From Macrostomum hystrix (taxonomy: Eukaryota; Animalia; Platyhelminthes), in the NCBI GenBank assembly GCA_950097015.1, contig CATNEN010000039.1, forward strand, positions 11,594,001-11,658,000: 64,000 nt of DNA, given 5' to 3'. The first letter of the stretch is position 1. Each line of letters opens with the position of its first letter. Shown here one piece after another: positions 63,584-64,000 of the stretch. The notes below the pieces were generated by a model. The model made no database searches. It saw only the letters and a program-made list of their open reading frames with translations, and was not told the origin of the DNA. A program made the position numbers and the translations under genes.

Positions 63584-64000
63584 CACCACCGCCAGTGACG
63601 TCTCCAATACATCAGCCAGCAAAGCGTAATCATCAGAATCAGCAGCAGCAGCAGCCCTCCGTTTCGAAGCCAGTGGCCAAATCGGCTGCTAAATCGAAGC
63701 AAGCCAATGCCCAGTCCCAGCAGCCACCTGCTTCGGCGTCAACCGGGCTTCAGCATCAGCAGCAGCTGCCATCAACATCGTCAGCAAAGGCGTCGGAATC
63801 AGCCAGCCGGCAGATTTCATCGCCGACATCGGCTTCAAAGCTTCGGGGCAGCAACGGCTACGAGCGCAGGCGGCGCCTGCTAGGCGACATCAGCAGAGCT
63901 TCGGCTGAGCTGACTGCGGCCGCGTCGCTGATTCAAGTCGCTGGCAACCCAAGCAGGAAGGCCAACAGTCGGGGCAGCAAGGCCGCTTCCAGCAGCAGAG
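61019..64000 (+). CDS. Poly-Q low-complexity protein, 5' part (exons 61019-61279, 62129-62629, 62728-62790, ~63487 to window end)
   Basis: All phase-0 GT-AG junctions give an open frame with Q/Y/P/H-rich composition. No folded domain inside the window. Confidence 0.7.
61350..61705 (-). mobile_element. SINE family 1, near full-length copy
   Basis: tggcagagcg A box, gctcgattcc B box, complete body. Confidence 0.9.
62905..63380. repeat. 16-bp gagatgagacacggga minisatellite, intronic
   Basis: Same unit and the same marker blocks as 56520-57380. Confidence 0.94.

Overview
Repeat-rich, intron-containing animal genomic DNA. Dense minisatellites, CAG tracts and tRNA-derived SINEs resemble a free-living flatworm such as Macrostomum, but the species call is inference. 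Recognisable genes: a 3-exon SLC10-type transporter (35516->14098) whose 17-kb second intron holds an antisense lectin/Ig receptor gene, a duplicated satellite cassette and TE/pseudogene debris; Nup153 (47869-52014); an intronless ferritin; a Q/P-rich membrane protein; and a poly-Q gene running off the right end. Mobile DNA: a bounded MULE element with TSD, LINE, Gypsy and hAT relics, and two SINE families with nested insertions. The most novel observation is a head-to-head pair of 3-exon paralogs (6164->5107 and 6518->11176) that the ORF track fragments. They encode ~210-220 aa proteins with a SUMO/ubiquitin-like signature, two insertions and no di-Gly. The first intron of one copy is almost entirely a 3.3-kb 39-bp array. 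No CRISPR array or intact RNA gene was found; the 1107- and 1160-aa ORFs over that array are artefacts.
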